From positions 6,546 through 70,545 of the forward strand of contig CAWHTR010000003.1 of the NCBI GenBank assembly GCA_963832325.1: a stretch of DNA of 64,000 bases, given 5' to 3'. Of this stretch, positions 41,849 through 51,725 are shown piece after piece. The notes below the pieces were generated by a model. It was given only the letters and a program-made list of their open reading frames with translations. It was not told the origin of the DNA and did not search any database. The first letter of the stretch is position 1. Each line of letters starts with the position of its first letter. The translations under genes and the position numbers were made by a program. The stretch is from an uncultured Verrucomicrobiae bacterium (GTDB lineage: Bacteria > Verrucomicrobiota > Verrucomicrobiia > Chthoniobacterales > JAATET01).

Positions 41849-42742
41849 GAGCGTGTCATGAACTTTGTCGGAAAACGGAATTGAGCATGAGAGAAAGAAA
41901 AGCCAGCCAATGGAGTCCGGCGAGAGAAGCAGGCAGGCGTTCATAATCCTTGGAGAGCCGGCGAAAACGAGCTGCCCAGGCAAAAGAGCGTTCAACAACC
42001 CAGCGTCTGGGCAGCAGGACAAAACCCTTTTTGGCTTCGGCGAGTTTGACGACAACCAGATCGATTCCGTTCTCAGCAGCGTCCTGGCTGGGCTTTTCGC
42101 CCGTGTAGCCCTGATCCGCGAAAGCAATTTTCACGCTGTCCCTGGTCGCCTGTTGAACCTCTTTTGCCAGATCGGCAACTTGAGCGCGTTCCTGCTCATT
42201 GGCCGCAGTGACCTTCAGGGCCAGGAGGTGACCGAGGGTGTCGACCGCAGCATGAACCTTCGATCCCTTCTTGCGCTTATATCCGTCGTAACCGGCTCGT
42301 TCTCCACTCTCGGGAGTGGACTGTAGAGTTCGACCGTCAAGAATGACCGCCGAAGGGTTGGCCTCGCGCTCGTTGAGCAGGAGTCGAATGAGCTTGCGCA
42401 AGTCATGAGCCATCGCCTCAAAACAGCCCGCTTTGATCCAGCGCTGAGCTTGCTGATGAACCGTTGGCCATGGCGGTAAATCATTGGGAATCATCCGCCA
42501 AGGGCAACCCGCCCGAACCATGTATCTCACCGCATTAAACATCGCCCTCATCGAATAATCGCGTTGCGGGGCATCTTCCTTCATCAACGTCAGATACGGC
42601 GCGCAAAATGCCCATTCCTCATCGCTGACGTCGCTGGGATAGTTCGTTCGTGTTCCTCGTGTCTTGTGTGCCATCCCGAGCTTAATGCCCAAGTAGCTTT
42701 ATAATGTACAGCCTTATCTTCCCGGAAGTTCATGACACCCTC
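41849..42742 (-). mobile_element. IS5-family insertion sequence
   Basis: Inverted ends GAGCGTGTCATGAACTT / AAGTTCATGACACCCTC in a CTAG context, inserted at the stop codon of the GH1 gene. Confidence 0.92.
41856..42692 (-). CDS. IS5-family transposase (intact)
   Basis: YPSDVSDEEW, GCPWR.IP.DLPPW, GYDGYK..KGSKVH..VDTLG, ADQGY and RRWVVERSFAW. Confidence 0.93.
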   Translation of the reverse strand: MGIKLGMAHKTRGTRTNYPSDVSDEEWAFCAPYLTLMKEDAPQRDYSMRAMFNAVRYMVRAGCPWRMIPNDLPPWPTVHQQAQRWIKAGCFEAMAHDLRKLIRLLLNEREANPSAVILDGRTLQSTPESGERAGYDGYKRKKGSKVHAAVDTLGHLLALKVTAANEQERAQVADLAKEVQQATRDSVKIAFADQGYTGEKPSQDAAENGIDLVVVKLAEAKKGFVLLPRRWVVERSFAWAARFRRLSKDYERLPASLAGLHWLAFLSLMLNSVFRQSS

Positions 42743-44070
42743 TAGGGCTCCGGGTTTTTGCTGATAAACTCTTTATACCACTGGCCGGCTGGTTCGAGCG
42801 TCAGCTCCCTGGTTTCCCGATTGAGGCTCGTCAGTCCGAAATTCGCGGCATACCCCTCGGCCCATTCGTAGTTGTCGATCAGCGTCCAAGGCATGTAACC
42901 CCGCACGTCCACGCCGTCGTTCATCGCTCGGCGCATCTGGTTCACGTGCTCGCGGAAATACCGGATCTTTTTCTGTTCGCTCTGGGTGCCGATGCCATTT
43001 TCCGTGATCACGATCGGCTTGCCGTAGCGGGCATCCACCTGTTTGAGCACCGCATAAAGCCCCTCGGGGTCAATCTCCCAGCCGTTCTGCGTGTAATTGG
43101 ACGCCAACTCACCCTCGGGACGCCGGATGAACCGGGTCACCGAAGCGTCCTGTGAATAATAATAGTTCACGCCGATCACGTCGGTGACATCCGCCACCTG
43201 ATCGAGGTGATCGAAATTCTGCCGCTGCATCATGTTGTAGACAAAAGCCGTGGGATCCTGTCGGAAGTTGCGCCGCCAATTCGGGATGGAATAAATCCCC
43301 ATCACGATCGCGTCCGGCCGGATGTCGCGAATGATCTCCGCCGCCTCGCGATACATGGCCACGGCGACCTTCGTCGCCTCTTTGAGGGCACCCGGCGTGA
43401 GGAGCAATCCCGGAGGCCAGTGCCCGCCAAAGTAGCCAATGTAGAGGTCGCCATTCGGCTCATTCTGCGGCACGTACGTCCGGACGTAGGGCGCGAGCGC
43501 CGTGACCATCCGGGTGACGTATTCCCGCCAGGCCGGCTCGACGTCGGGGTTCAGGAAGTTCGATCGGTTCTTCTGATCGCTGTCGTAGAGCCAATCCGGA
43601 AACGTGAAGTGCCACAGCGTCACGATCGGCTCGATCCCCGCGGCTTTCAGCTTCCGCGCCATCCCGACGTATTGCTGAATCGCCGCTTCATTGAACTCCC
43701 CCGCCCGCGGCTCGACCCGACCCCACTCGATTCCAAATCGATAGTGGTTCACCCCGATTTTATTGAGGATCGCCACGTCGCGATCGAACTCCGTCCACGA
43801 GAAGGTCGCATCCTCCCCCCGCGGCGGAATGTGCCCCTCGTCGGCGAAAACATCCCAGTCCGTTCGGAAATACTCCGGCGTTCCCGGTTTCTCGCCGCGG
43901 TCTTCATTTTGAAAACTCGCCGTCGATGTGCCCCACCAAAAATCCCCGGTTTTCACCACCGTCTTTCCGGTCGCAGCCGGCTTTTCGTAGGGTTTCGGAG
44001 GCGTCACGCATCCGCTCACCAAAAATCCGCCAATCGGGAACACCACCAGGAGACGATAAATCATATTCAT
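42742..44070 (-). CDS. Glycoside hydrolase family 1 with a lipoprotein signal
   Basis: YRFGIEWGRVEP, TLWHFT.P, NEP acid/base, ITENG nucleophile and DNYEW..GY; LVSGC lipobox. Confidence 0.9.
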   Translation of the reverse strand: MNMIYRLLVVFPIGGFLVSGCVTPPKPYEKPAATGKTVVKTGDFWWGTSTASFQNEDRGEKPGTPEYFRTDWDVFADEGHIPPRGEDATFSWTEFDRDVAILNKIGVNHYRFGIEWGRVEPRAGEFNEAAIQQYVGMARKLKAAGIEPIVTLWHFTFPDWLYDSDQKNRSNFLNPDVEPAWREYVTRMVTALAPYVRTYVPQNEPNGDLYIGYFGGHWPPGLLLTPGALKEATKVAVAMYREAAEIIRDIRPDAIVMGIYSIPNWRRNFRQDPTAFVYNMMQRQNFDHLDQVADVTDVIGVNYYYSQDASVTRFIRRPEGELASNYTQNGWEIDPEGLYAVLKQVDARYGKPIVITENGIGTQSEQKKIRYFREHVNQMRRAMNDGVDVRGYMPWTLIDNYEWAEGYAANFGLTSLNRETRELTLEPAGQWYKEFISKNPEP

Positions 44071-44124
44071 ATTGAAAGCTCGGGGACGAGGTGTTTCGGT
44101 TAACGGCAATCCCAAGCGACTTCA

Positions 44125-45024
44125 ATGAAGATCTCCTTTCGTTCCGCACTTCTCATGATCGCTCTCCAGAGTTCCCCGGCGATCCTGCACGCCCAACCCG
44201 ACCCGGCTCAGTTCCCCGACAGCCTCGCCCTCAAGGACGGCTCCACCGCGCGCGGGCTCATCGTGGCGAACACCGCCCACGAAGTCGTCTTGCAGCAGGC
44301 CACGGGCGAGACCGCCTACCCGAAACGCGAGATCGTCCGCATCTTCGACAACGCCAACGACGAATTCACCGCCGTCCTCGACCAGGGCAAATTGCCACCG
44401 TGGAGCGTCATCGCCAACGACCTGCGCACCCACGATCAGATCCGCACCCTCGAAGAAATCCCAGCGACCACCGTTGACAAAGGCGAATTCCAAAACGTTC
44501 CCTACCGCTCCTTCCGGGTCAATCAGGACGTCGAACTCAATATCTACGGCGATCCGAACGACCCCGCCGCCCTCGAGATCGGCGTCTTCGGGTCCCGCTC
44601 CGGCGACGAAGAGCTCCGTCAACTCCTCCGTAGCTACCTCGCCGGATTTCTCACCACCCGTGCGGAGATCGCCGCACTCTACTCGCTCGATCTTGATGGC
44701 GGCGAAGCCTCCGCCGGCGACATGACCCTGGAGATCACGCCCAAGGACGCGCCAGACGCCTACGGCGCCTGGTGGATTTCGCTCTACAACCGCAAGACCC
44801 TCGACGACGTCCGACTCTCCGACGACCAATACGCCAGACTCACGCTCCCCGTCGAAGAGGTCCTCGATCCGGACGGTCGCGTTCGCGCGAAGGATTGGAC
44901 TCCCGAGCAGCTGAGCGAAACCCGCCGACTCGAAACCACCGACGGCCAGACCGTCCTCCTCCGCGGCTTCTACCGGGACGAAAACGGAACCTTCCGCCTC
45001 GTCACCCAGCCCACCGCAAATTAG
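44125..45024 (+). CDS. Secreted hypothetical protein
   Basis: Signal peptide, DSLALKDGS..RGLI motif and host-like codon usage. Confidence 0.75.
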   Translation: MKISFRSALLMIALQSSPAILHAQPDPAQFPDSLALKDGSTARGLIVANTAHEVVLQQATGETAYPKREIVRIFDNANDEFTAVLDQGKLPPWSVIANDLRTHDQIRTLEEIPATTVDKGEFQNVPYRSFRVNQDVELNIYGDPNDPAALEIGVFGSRSGDEELRQLLRSYLAGFLTTRAEIAALYSLDLDGGEASAGDMTLEITPKDAPDAYGAWWISLYNRKTLDDVRLSDDQYARLTLPVEEVLDPDGRVRAKDWTPEQLSETRRLETTDGQTVLLRGFYRDENGTFRLVTQPTAN

Positions 45025-45109
45025 TCCACGCGCCTGAGCGTCGAAGGAGTCGTCGAAGGGATTGAGTGCGGAAATCTTGAAAATCTACCCGCGGACTCAC
45101 CCTATTGGC

Positions 45110-45290
45110 GTGCGATGAACGAGCGAATCTAAGCGATGACCAGGCAAATCTCGATGGAGACCACGGGAATCTCGACGGTGACCGAGCAAATCCGCGCGAC
45201 GACTAAGCGATCCCGCCCGCTTACCCCCGAAATCTTTGTGATGACCAGAGGGATCCCAGTGCTGACCTCGGAAATCCACGCTCAGCGCAA
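45110..45290 (+). repeat. Degenerate 21-bp-period array
   Basis: GACC-like anchors at 45138, 45159, 45180, 45201, 45222, 45243 and 45264, with ATC ten bases after each. Confidence 0.75.
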
Positions 45291-45412
45291 ACGAGCTTTT
45301 CCCGCCCGACCCGGTGACGGCGAATTTTTACGAAACCGACTTCGGCCCGCATCTTCACCGGTGATCGAATGAACCCGGCACGCCGTCCGTTAGTGGGTGA
45401 CAGTTCTCTACG

Positions 45413-45814
45413 ATGAAAAATCTCCTTTGCCTGTCCGCCCTCGCGGCGGTCACGCTGCTCCCGGGTTGCGTCAATCGCTACGGCCAATTCGTTCCGCCCG
45501 ACCCCATCGGCCGCGCGATCTTCAACTCAATCTACGCCGCCCGAGCCGACGCCTACTACTACACCTACCAGCCGCGCACCGTCGTCGTCACCACCTCGCC
45601 ACCGCGTCCGATCTACGAGCGCCGCGTGACCGTCGTCCCCGCCGGCTTCCGCGATCCCGTCTGGATTAGCGGTCACTACGCGTGGGCCGGCTCGAACTGG
45701 GGCTGGCGCCGAGGCTGCTACGTCGATCGACCACGCCCGGGCTTGAGCTGGTATGGCGGCGGCTACTACGCTCGCGGCGGACGCGGCTACTACCGCTCAG
45801 GATACTGGCGGTAG
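45413..45814 (+). CDS. Small lipoprotein with WXXGXW/YXWGXW repeats
   Basis: LPGC lipobox; VWISGHYAWAGSNWGWRRG and WYGGGY..GYW. Confidence 0.8.
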   Translation: MKNLLCLSALAAVTLLPGCVNRYGQFVPPDPIGRAIFNSIYAARADAYYYTYQPRTVVVTTSPPRPIYERRVTVVPAGFRDPVWISGHYAWAGSNWGWRRGCYVDRPRPGLSWYGGGYYARGGRGYYRSGYWR

Positions 45815-46142
45815 TAATAATCCCCGCCCCTCCCGAGCCCCGATCCGGCCGTCATCGAATGAATGCAAAGAAAGGGGGGCAGCCGCAGCGGCGACCGCTG
45901 ACAAGCGGCGGACCTTGGCTCGTTCAGCTTTGATTTAATAAAAATTGCACCCAGTTCTCGGAGGTGACGCATTCTCAAGCCGAAGGAAGGGGGCGGACGA
46001 CCGCAAACGCGAATGACTGTTCAAACGTATTCAGGGAAAATCCGCCATCACTCCGCACCAACGCAGCTCGGCAGCCGACGATCACATAGTTTTTGAATTT
46101 GCGGTGTTCGCCCGGTAAGTTTCGGAGAAATTTTCCGTAACC

Positions 46143-46886
46143 GTGACTTGCAAAATTCCTTCCCGCCGCACTGGCGATCGCGCCTTCACCCTCATCGAAT
46201 TGGTCATTGTCATCGTGATCGCCGGGATTCTCGGCGCGGCCCTCGTCACGGTTTATGTTGACCAGTCGGAAGCTCAGTCTGCCGGGAAGGCAAAGGTCAG
46301 CCCGACCCAGTCGAAAAACCTGACCGGCGTCCTCGAGGCCGGTCTCGCAAGCTACCAGATCGAGAGTAATCCCCCCTCCGGCAGCACGGAAGGCAACTCA
46401 AAAACCCTCGCCAAAGCGAACAGAACCAATCTCTCCGGCTTCGAAGGAGTTTACGCCGGAACGGTGACGGTTACCGATGAAGACTCCAACGATCCAGCGC
46501 CCTCCGGAGAAGGGCAAGTGCGCTTCCAAATCAGGAGCGGGGGTCTCAGCGCCAAAATGCGAGTGATTCAGAAATTCCCCCTCAGCGACGAAAGTCAGCT
46601 GAACGTCCGACAAACCTATAATTTTCGAAAGAACGGTCGCGTGCGAATCAACTCAGCGAATCCATTGATCGATGGCGATCCGGTCGCAGGCGCGCGCTAC
46701 ACCGCCAATCGACGGACCATCCGGATCAAACAGGTCGTTCCACAGGTCAATTTCAGCGCCAAAACGAAGATCCGCGTCACTGGTCGCGGAAAACAGAAGA
46801 GGCTGAGGCTCGTTCAGAAAATCGTTGATCGGGAGAGCCCTGTGAAGTTCACGACGATTTTCAGAGGAGCTCGACCAGCCGACTGA
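46143..46886 (+). CDS. Prepilin-type N-terminal cleavage/methylation domain protein
   Basis: RAFTLIELVIVIVIAGILGA. Confidence 0.8.
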   Translation: MTCKIPSRRTGDRAFTLIELVIVIVIAGILGAALVTVYVDQSEAQSAGKAKVSPTQSKNLTGVLEAGLASYQIESNPPSGSTEGNSKTLAKANRTNLSGFEGVYAGTVTVTDEDSNDPAPSGEGQVRFQIRSGGLSAKMRVIQKFPLSDESQLNVRQTYNFRKNGRVRINSANPLIDGDPVAGARYTANRRTIRIKQVVPQVNFSAKTKIRVTGRGKQKRLRLVQKIVDRESPVKFTTIFRGARPAD

Positions 46887-47010
46887 AGTCTTCCGGAATG
46901 GCGTGATCGATGCGGCCTTGGCCGAGCGCCTCGCCTTGGGCGTTGAGCGCGCAGTAAACGCTGTATCTCTTGTGGTAATCGATGCCAATGAAGTTTTGAT
47001 CGACGGCGAT
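46886..47010 (-). pseudogene. IS110-family transposase N-terminal remnant
   Basis: FIGIDYHKRYSVYCALNAQGE resembles the first RuvC-like strands; truncated thereafter. Confidence 0.7.
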
Positions 47011-47370
47011 TGGGGTAGGACGGGTTTTTATCCTACAATTTACGCCCTTGGATTTATAAGGCTCTCCCGCCAGCGAAGTTCGCAAAACTCGTATCTATCA
47101 GTCTTTCATGTCGACCGACCCCGCTGATACGCCGTTTCCGTCGTTTAGCCGAACGGCCTCTTCGTCGAACTGCCGTGATGTGATCAGAAATACCGGCGTC
47201 CCGGGGAAACAAAGGACGTCGGTGTCAGATTCCAGGCGGGCCGACGGGAATTGCTTCCCGGTCCACGAAGCGGCCTCTGGATGCTTATAGCGAATCGTTC
47301 GCAACACGTTGAATTTTAGGTATTAATAAAAAATTATTCGTGTTAGGGACCACCGCGAACTCTTCAACGC

Positions 47371-48880
47371 ATGACCCAATATCGTAAACAACTGCTGGGC
47401 GCGGGAGCTGCCCTACTGGGATTCACCCTGAATGCCGCGGCGGAATGGCAGATCAATATCGTCGACTCCACTCCAGGGTCTGGTTATGCCACCTCTCTCG
47501 CGCTGGAGTCCACGACCGGCGCACCGCACATCGCCCTATTTTCGCAACTTGATAGCCTTCCCCGGCTTCAGTGATCCCTACTACGCGACGGAAGACGCTG
47601 GGTGGCAGCGTGAACCGATTGCCGAAGGAGTCACGAATGGCTCCTTTGGCGTTGCGACCTCCATCGCCCTGACAGAATTGGCGACGCCATCCGTCAGCTA
47701 CACCCGTTCCACATCCCTCCTGCGGTACGCCATCCGCACCGGCGGTTCGTGGAGCGACACTCAAACAGCCGCCGGGGCTGGCGGCTACAGTTCGCTCGTC
47801 TGGCGCGGGACCCAAGCCGACCCCACACCAGTGATCGCCTACTACGATGTGTCGGCCGGTGATCTCGAGGTCGCGAATCTTGGCGTCGCCTGGAGTTCCT
47901 CCGTTCTCGATTCGTCCGGAGATTCCGGCACTTACTGCGCGCTTGCTCAGCGCAACAACTACCTCGGCATCGCCTACATCAACGCCGGGAAACTCGGATA
48001 TTTCGAAAGTGTCAACGGCGGGAGCGACTGGGGGGTCGAGCCGAGCACCGCCTTTCCGCCATTCAGTGACGTCAATGCCGCCAACTGTGCGCTTGCCATT
48101 GCCGAATCCCGCAATGGTGGACCGGCTCCATCGTCCGCCCACATCCTCTACTTCGACTCGAACACATCCCAATATTCCTACATCACCAACGACACCGACA
48201 CAGGTGTTTGGATCACTCCGCAAGTCGTCTTCACCTCTACCGCCAATACGATCATCTATCCCGGGTGCTCCATCGCCATCGGCACCGATGGAACCGTGCA
48301 CGTGGCATTCCTCGATTACACCACCCGCCAACTGAAGTACGCCACCCGTATCAGCTCCGGATGGTCTGCCGTGCAAACTCCGGATGTGGCAACCGGCGGA
48401 GCATTCTGCAGCCTGAAACTCACGGCGGCCAACCAGCCCCGTATCGCGTATGCCGCGCTACCGACGGGAATGAATCCGTCTCCCACCGCCCTGCGCTTCG
48501 CCGCATTCCAGCCGCTCGTTCCACCACCTACTCCAACGCCCCCGTCGAACCCATCGCCAACGCCAGATCCCGCTTCCCCTTCCGCGACTCCAACTCCGGA
48601 ACCCGTCCCCCCAACGGCCAGGGACTTCACGGTGCGTGGCAAAAAGAAACGCACCACCGAGGGGAGAACGTCCCGCCTGAAGGGAACCGCCACCGCCTCA
48701 GTCATCAAGGTAGAATGGCGTGTTGGCAAAAAGCGCTTTCGATCCGCGCCCGTCTCGAATGGTCGTTGGACCGTGCGAGTCCGTCCGTTGAAAGTCGGCC
48801 TAAACAAAGCCCAAATCCGCGGCGTCGATCGCGATGGTCTTGCCACGCCAACCAAGATCATCCGCATCAGACGGTTCTAG
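47371..48880 (+). CDS. Secreted beta-repeat protein with Pro-Thr linker and basic C-terminal domain (apparent +1 frameshift near 47535)
   Basis: Signal peptide in the 47371 frame; repeated G..TSIAL...P.IAY and LKYA units; GCCCTAT where GCC TAT is expected. Confidence 0.8.
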
Positions 48881-49046
48881 CGTCTGAATCCAAAGACGAC
48901 TGTCCGCTCTCAATCGGCCTTGATGAATCATGAAAAAACCGCTCATTTCCACCCTTGGCCAGATTCGACGCGGAGGAGTTAGGCCGCACCGGATTCGCGC
49001 CGTCTCGAGTCTTTGGCCGCTCGCTCCCACCCTCGGGCGCTTTCCG

Positions 49047-50564
49047 ATGAAGATGCCCCGTTTGATTGCCGCGCTCGCTCTGGCCCTCGTCGTCCAGCCG
49101 GTCAACGCCGATTTCCAAACCTTCCAGCCCGCGAGCAGCGTCCTTGGCCAGCCCGATTTCACCTCGGTTGGTTCCGCCGCCGGGCAGGCCAATCGATTTA
49201 ATCAGCCGGAAGGGGTTGCGTGGGATCCCTCCACGGGGAAGGTCTTCGTCGCCGACGCGGGCAATAACCGCATCCTCCGGTTTTCCAGCGCGGCCGCACT
49301 GCAGAATGGAGCCAGCGCGGAAGTTGCCTTTGGTCAGTCCAATCTCACGGGTTCCAGCGCCAACCCTGGTGGCATCTCCGCCCGCACGCTGAGCTTCCCT
49401 TTTGGGATCTCCATGGCGCCCGACGGGTCCCTCTGGGTTGCGGATAGTTCCAACAACCGGGTCGTCAGCTACCAAGCCGCATCGTTCCGCGGCAACAACC
49501 CATCGGCTGATATCATCCTCGGCCAGCCCGATCCGACGACCAATACCGCCGCCACCTCAGGCGTAAAAATGTCCGTGCCCCGTGGAGTCAGCGTCTCATC
49601 CGACGGGACGCTCTGGGTTGCTGATACCGGAAATCACCGGATTCTCCGATTTGACAACGCGGCCTCCAAACTGACCGGAGCCCCGGCCAACGGCGTTCTC
49701 GGGCAGCTCCTATTCTCGACCAATGTCTTCGCCACGACCGCCGTCAGCCAGAAACAACCCAGCGCACTCTTCGCCGACTCGACCGGTCGACTCTGGGTCG
49801 CCGACAGCGGGAACGCGCGAATCCTCCGATTTGACAACGCGGTCGACAAGCCCAACGGATCCCCCGCCGACGCGGTCATTGGCCAGCCCAACTTCAACAC
49901 GGGCACCTCCGGCTTGAGCGCCAGTTCCTTCGGGGCCACCTTCGGCGTCTACTTCAGTCCCAGCAGCGAGCTTTGGGTGAGCGACTACACGAGCCGCCGG
50001 GTCCTCCGGTTTCCCTCCGCCCTCGACATGGTGACCGGGGGGACCGCCAATCTGGTCCTCGGGCAACCCGACTTCACGGCTAATGCCGCCAACGCCACCG
50101 ACCGCGGGTTCGGCGGCCCCAGCCAGATTGCCCCTGGTCCCGGCGGCTCTCTCCTCGTAGTGAATTTCGACTTCAACCGCGTCCTGCGGTTCAATCCCCT
50201 CATCGCCCCTCCGCCGATTCCAACCCCAACACCAGCCCAACCACAGCCCCCCATCCCCGAGCCGACTCCAGCTTCACAGCCAACTCCGGCTCCAACTCCC
50301 TCACCCGCACCGACCATCACCGTCGAAGGCGCCAAAAAACTCACCACCACTAGTGCGAAGGTCAAAATCAAGGGCACTTCCACGGCAGCGACCCGCGTAG
50401 AATTCAAAGTCGGCAAAGCCATCTTCCGACCGGCCCGACGCTCCTCCAGCCGGTGGACCTTCACTGCCCGCCTCAAAACCGGACGCAACGTCATCCGCAT
50501 CCGCGCGTTCAATTCTGAAGGCGTCTCGTCCCCAACGGCCCGCGTCGTCCGCGTCCGGCGATAA
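49047..50564 (+). CDS. Secreted NHL-repeat protein with Pro-Thr linker and basic C-terminal domain
   Basis: Repeated P.GV....G.LWVAD.GN.RILRF and A..VLGQPDF units. Confidence 0.9.
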   Translation: MKMPRLIAALALALVVQPVNADFQTFQPASSVLGQPDFTSVGSAAGQANRFNQPEGVAWDPSTGKVFVADAGNNRILRFSSAAALQNGASAEVAFGQSNLTGSSANPGGISARTLSFPFGISMAPDGSLWVADSSNNRVVSYQAASFRGNNPSADIILGQPDPTTNTAATSGVKMSVPRGVSVSSDGTLWVADTGNHRILRFDNAASKLTGAPANGVLGQLLFSTNVFATTAVSQKQPSALFADSTGRLWVADSGNARILRFDNAVDKPNGSPADAVIGQPNFNTGTSGLSASSFGATFGVYFSPSSELWVSDYTSRRVLRFPSALDMVTGGTANLVLGQPDFTANAANATDRGFGGPSQIAPGPGGSLLVVNFDFNRVLRFNPLIAPPPIPTPTPAQPQPPIPEPTPASQPTPAPTPSPAPTITVEGAKKLTTTSAKVKIKGTSTAATRVEFKVGKAIFRPARRSSSRWTFTARLKTGRNVIRIRAFNSEGVSSPTARVVRVRR

Positions 50565-50731
50565 CGTCCCATCGGTAAGAACCGGGGATGGGGTGAGGTG
50601 GCAGAAATCAAATGACCCCGACAGATATTCAAGCTTCGACGCCTGCCCCCGTCGTCCGCCTGATCCTATTTCCGCGCCGCGCCGCCGTGCCGAGGGAGTG
50701 ATGAGGGAGTGATGAGGGTCTGGCGGATGGG

Positions 50732-51352
50732 TTAGTTTGAAGCACCGGCGCCTTCGCTGATCTCCGCGCCGGTGACTTCGATGACGGCGATCTTCGAGCC
50801 GGGGCGGAGGGTGGTCGTGACCCGGTCGCCCTCCCGGTAGACCCCGGCGAATCCGTCTTCGTGGGAGAGGCGGAATGACAGGCCAGCAGGATGGTTGGTG
50901 AAGGTGATGTATTCCCGCGACTCCAGCTCGCTCATCACGACTTCGCTGGTTTTGCCGTAGGCTTTTTCCGCATCCCAGACGGACATTCCGGGCCGGACGC
51001 CTTCGGCTGTTTGATAAGCCGCCGCCAGGACACCGATGAAGTCGATCACCGCCTTCTCGTCCAAGGCGGCTTCCGCGTCCTCCTCGCCGGCGTGGAGCCT
51101 GAGGATGGGCTCGCCACTCGTGCTAACGTCCACGAAAGCGATGCCCTCCGCATCGGAGGAGCGCTCGAACGTTGCACTTGCCACGGCGTCCCGTGCCTCG
51201 GCAATTGTCATGCCGAGTTTGATGGCACCGGCGGAATTCGCGGTGATGACGGCGGCGGCTTGCGGCTTCGCGGGAGGTTCTTCTTGAGCAGGTGCGAGGG
51301 CGGAGAACAGCAGAAAGGCGGCGAGGCTGGCGGATGGGAGAATGGGTTTCAT
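50732..51352 (-). CDS. Secreted hypothetical protein
   Basis: Signal peptide MKPILPSASLAAFLL; internal repeat G.IKLGMT / T.EGVRPGMS. Confidence 0.7.
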   Translation of the reverse strand: MKPILPSASLAAFLLFSALAPAQEEPPAKPQAAAVITANSAGAIKLGMTIAEARDAVASATFERSSDAEGIAFVDVSTSGEPILRLHAGEEDAEAALDEKAVIDFIGVLAAAYQTAEGVRPGMSVWDAEKAYGKTSEVVMSELESREYITFTNHPAGLSFRLSHEDGFAGVYREGDRVTTTLRPGSKIAVIEVTGAEISEGAGASN

Positions 51353-51725
51353 GGCTTCAATTACTCCAGAGGGGCTGGGCTTTTCCCCTCGTCTAAACGG
51401 AACCGTGCCCGGCGGGTGTTCCCAAGTCAAAGTTATCCACTGACCCGTCCAGAACGTTGGATCAGGAATGGACAAAGTCCTATTCTCAGATACCCCTCGC
51501 GGCGGGTTTGATTTTTGACGCCCCCCCTGTCCCGAAGGCTTCGGAGGTCGGGGTGGAACGCTTGGTCAGTAGGCGGATTGGCTCGCCCGATGACGGGTCG
51601 TTGCAACGGAGCGACCCGGTTTTGGTGAAGCGTCAGGATGAAGGAACGATGGCGGCGTCTTGGCTGCGGCGACGACAGGAGCAAACGCTTGACGGGGGTG
51701 GCGGGGTGGGGGGACCTTGCGGAGG

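Noticed and set aside
45830-46140. Possible riboswitch upstream of the pilin-like gene (also checked 51380-51720 before the permease)
   Set aside because: No conserved aptamer motifs recognised by eye; an Rfam scan would be needed.
50692-50718. GAGGGAGTGAT short tandem repeat
   Set aside because: About 2.5 copies between convergent genes with no further structure.
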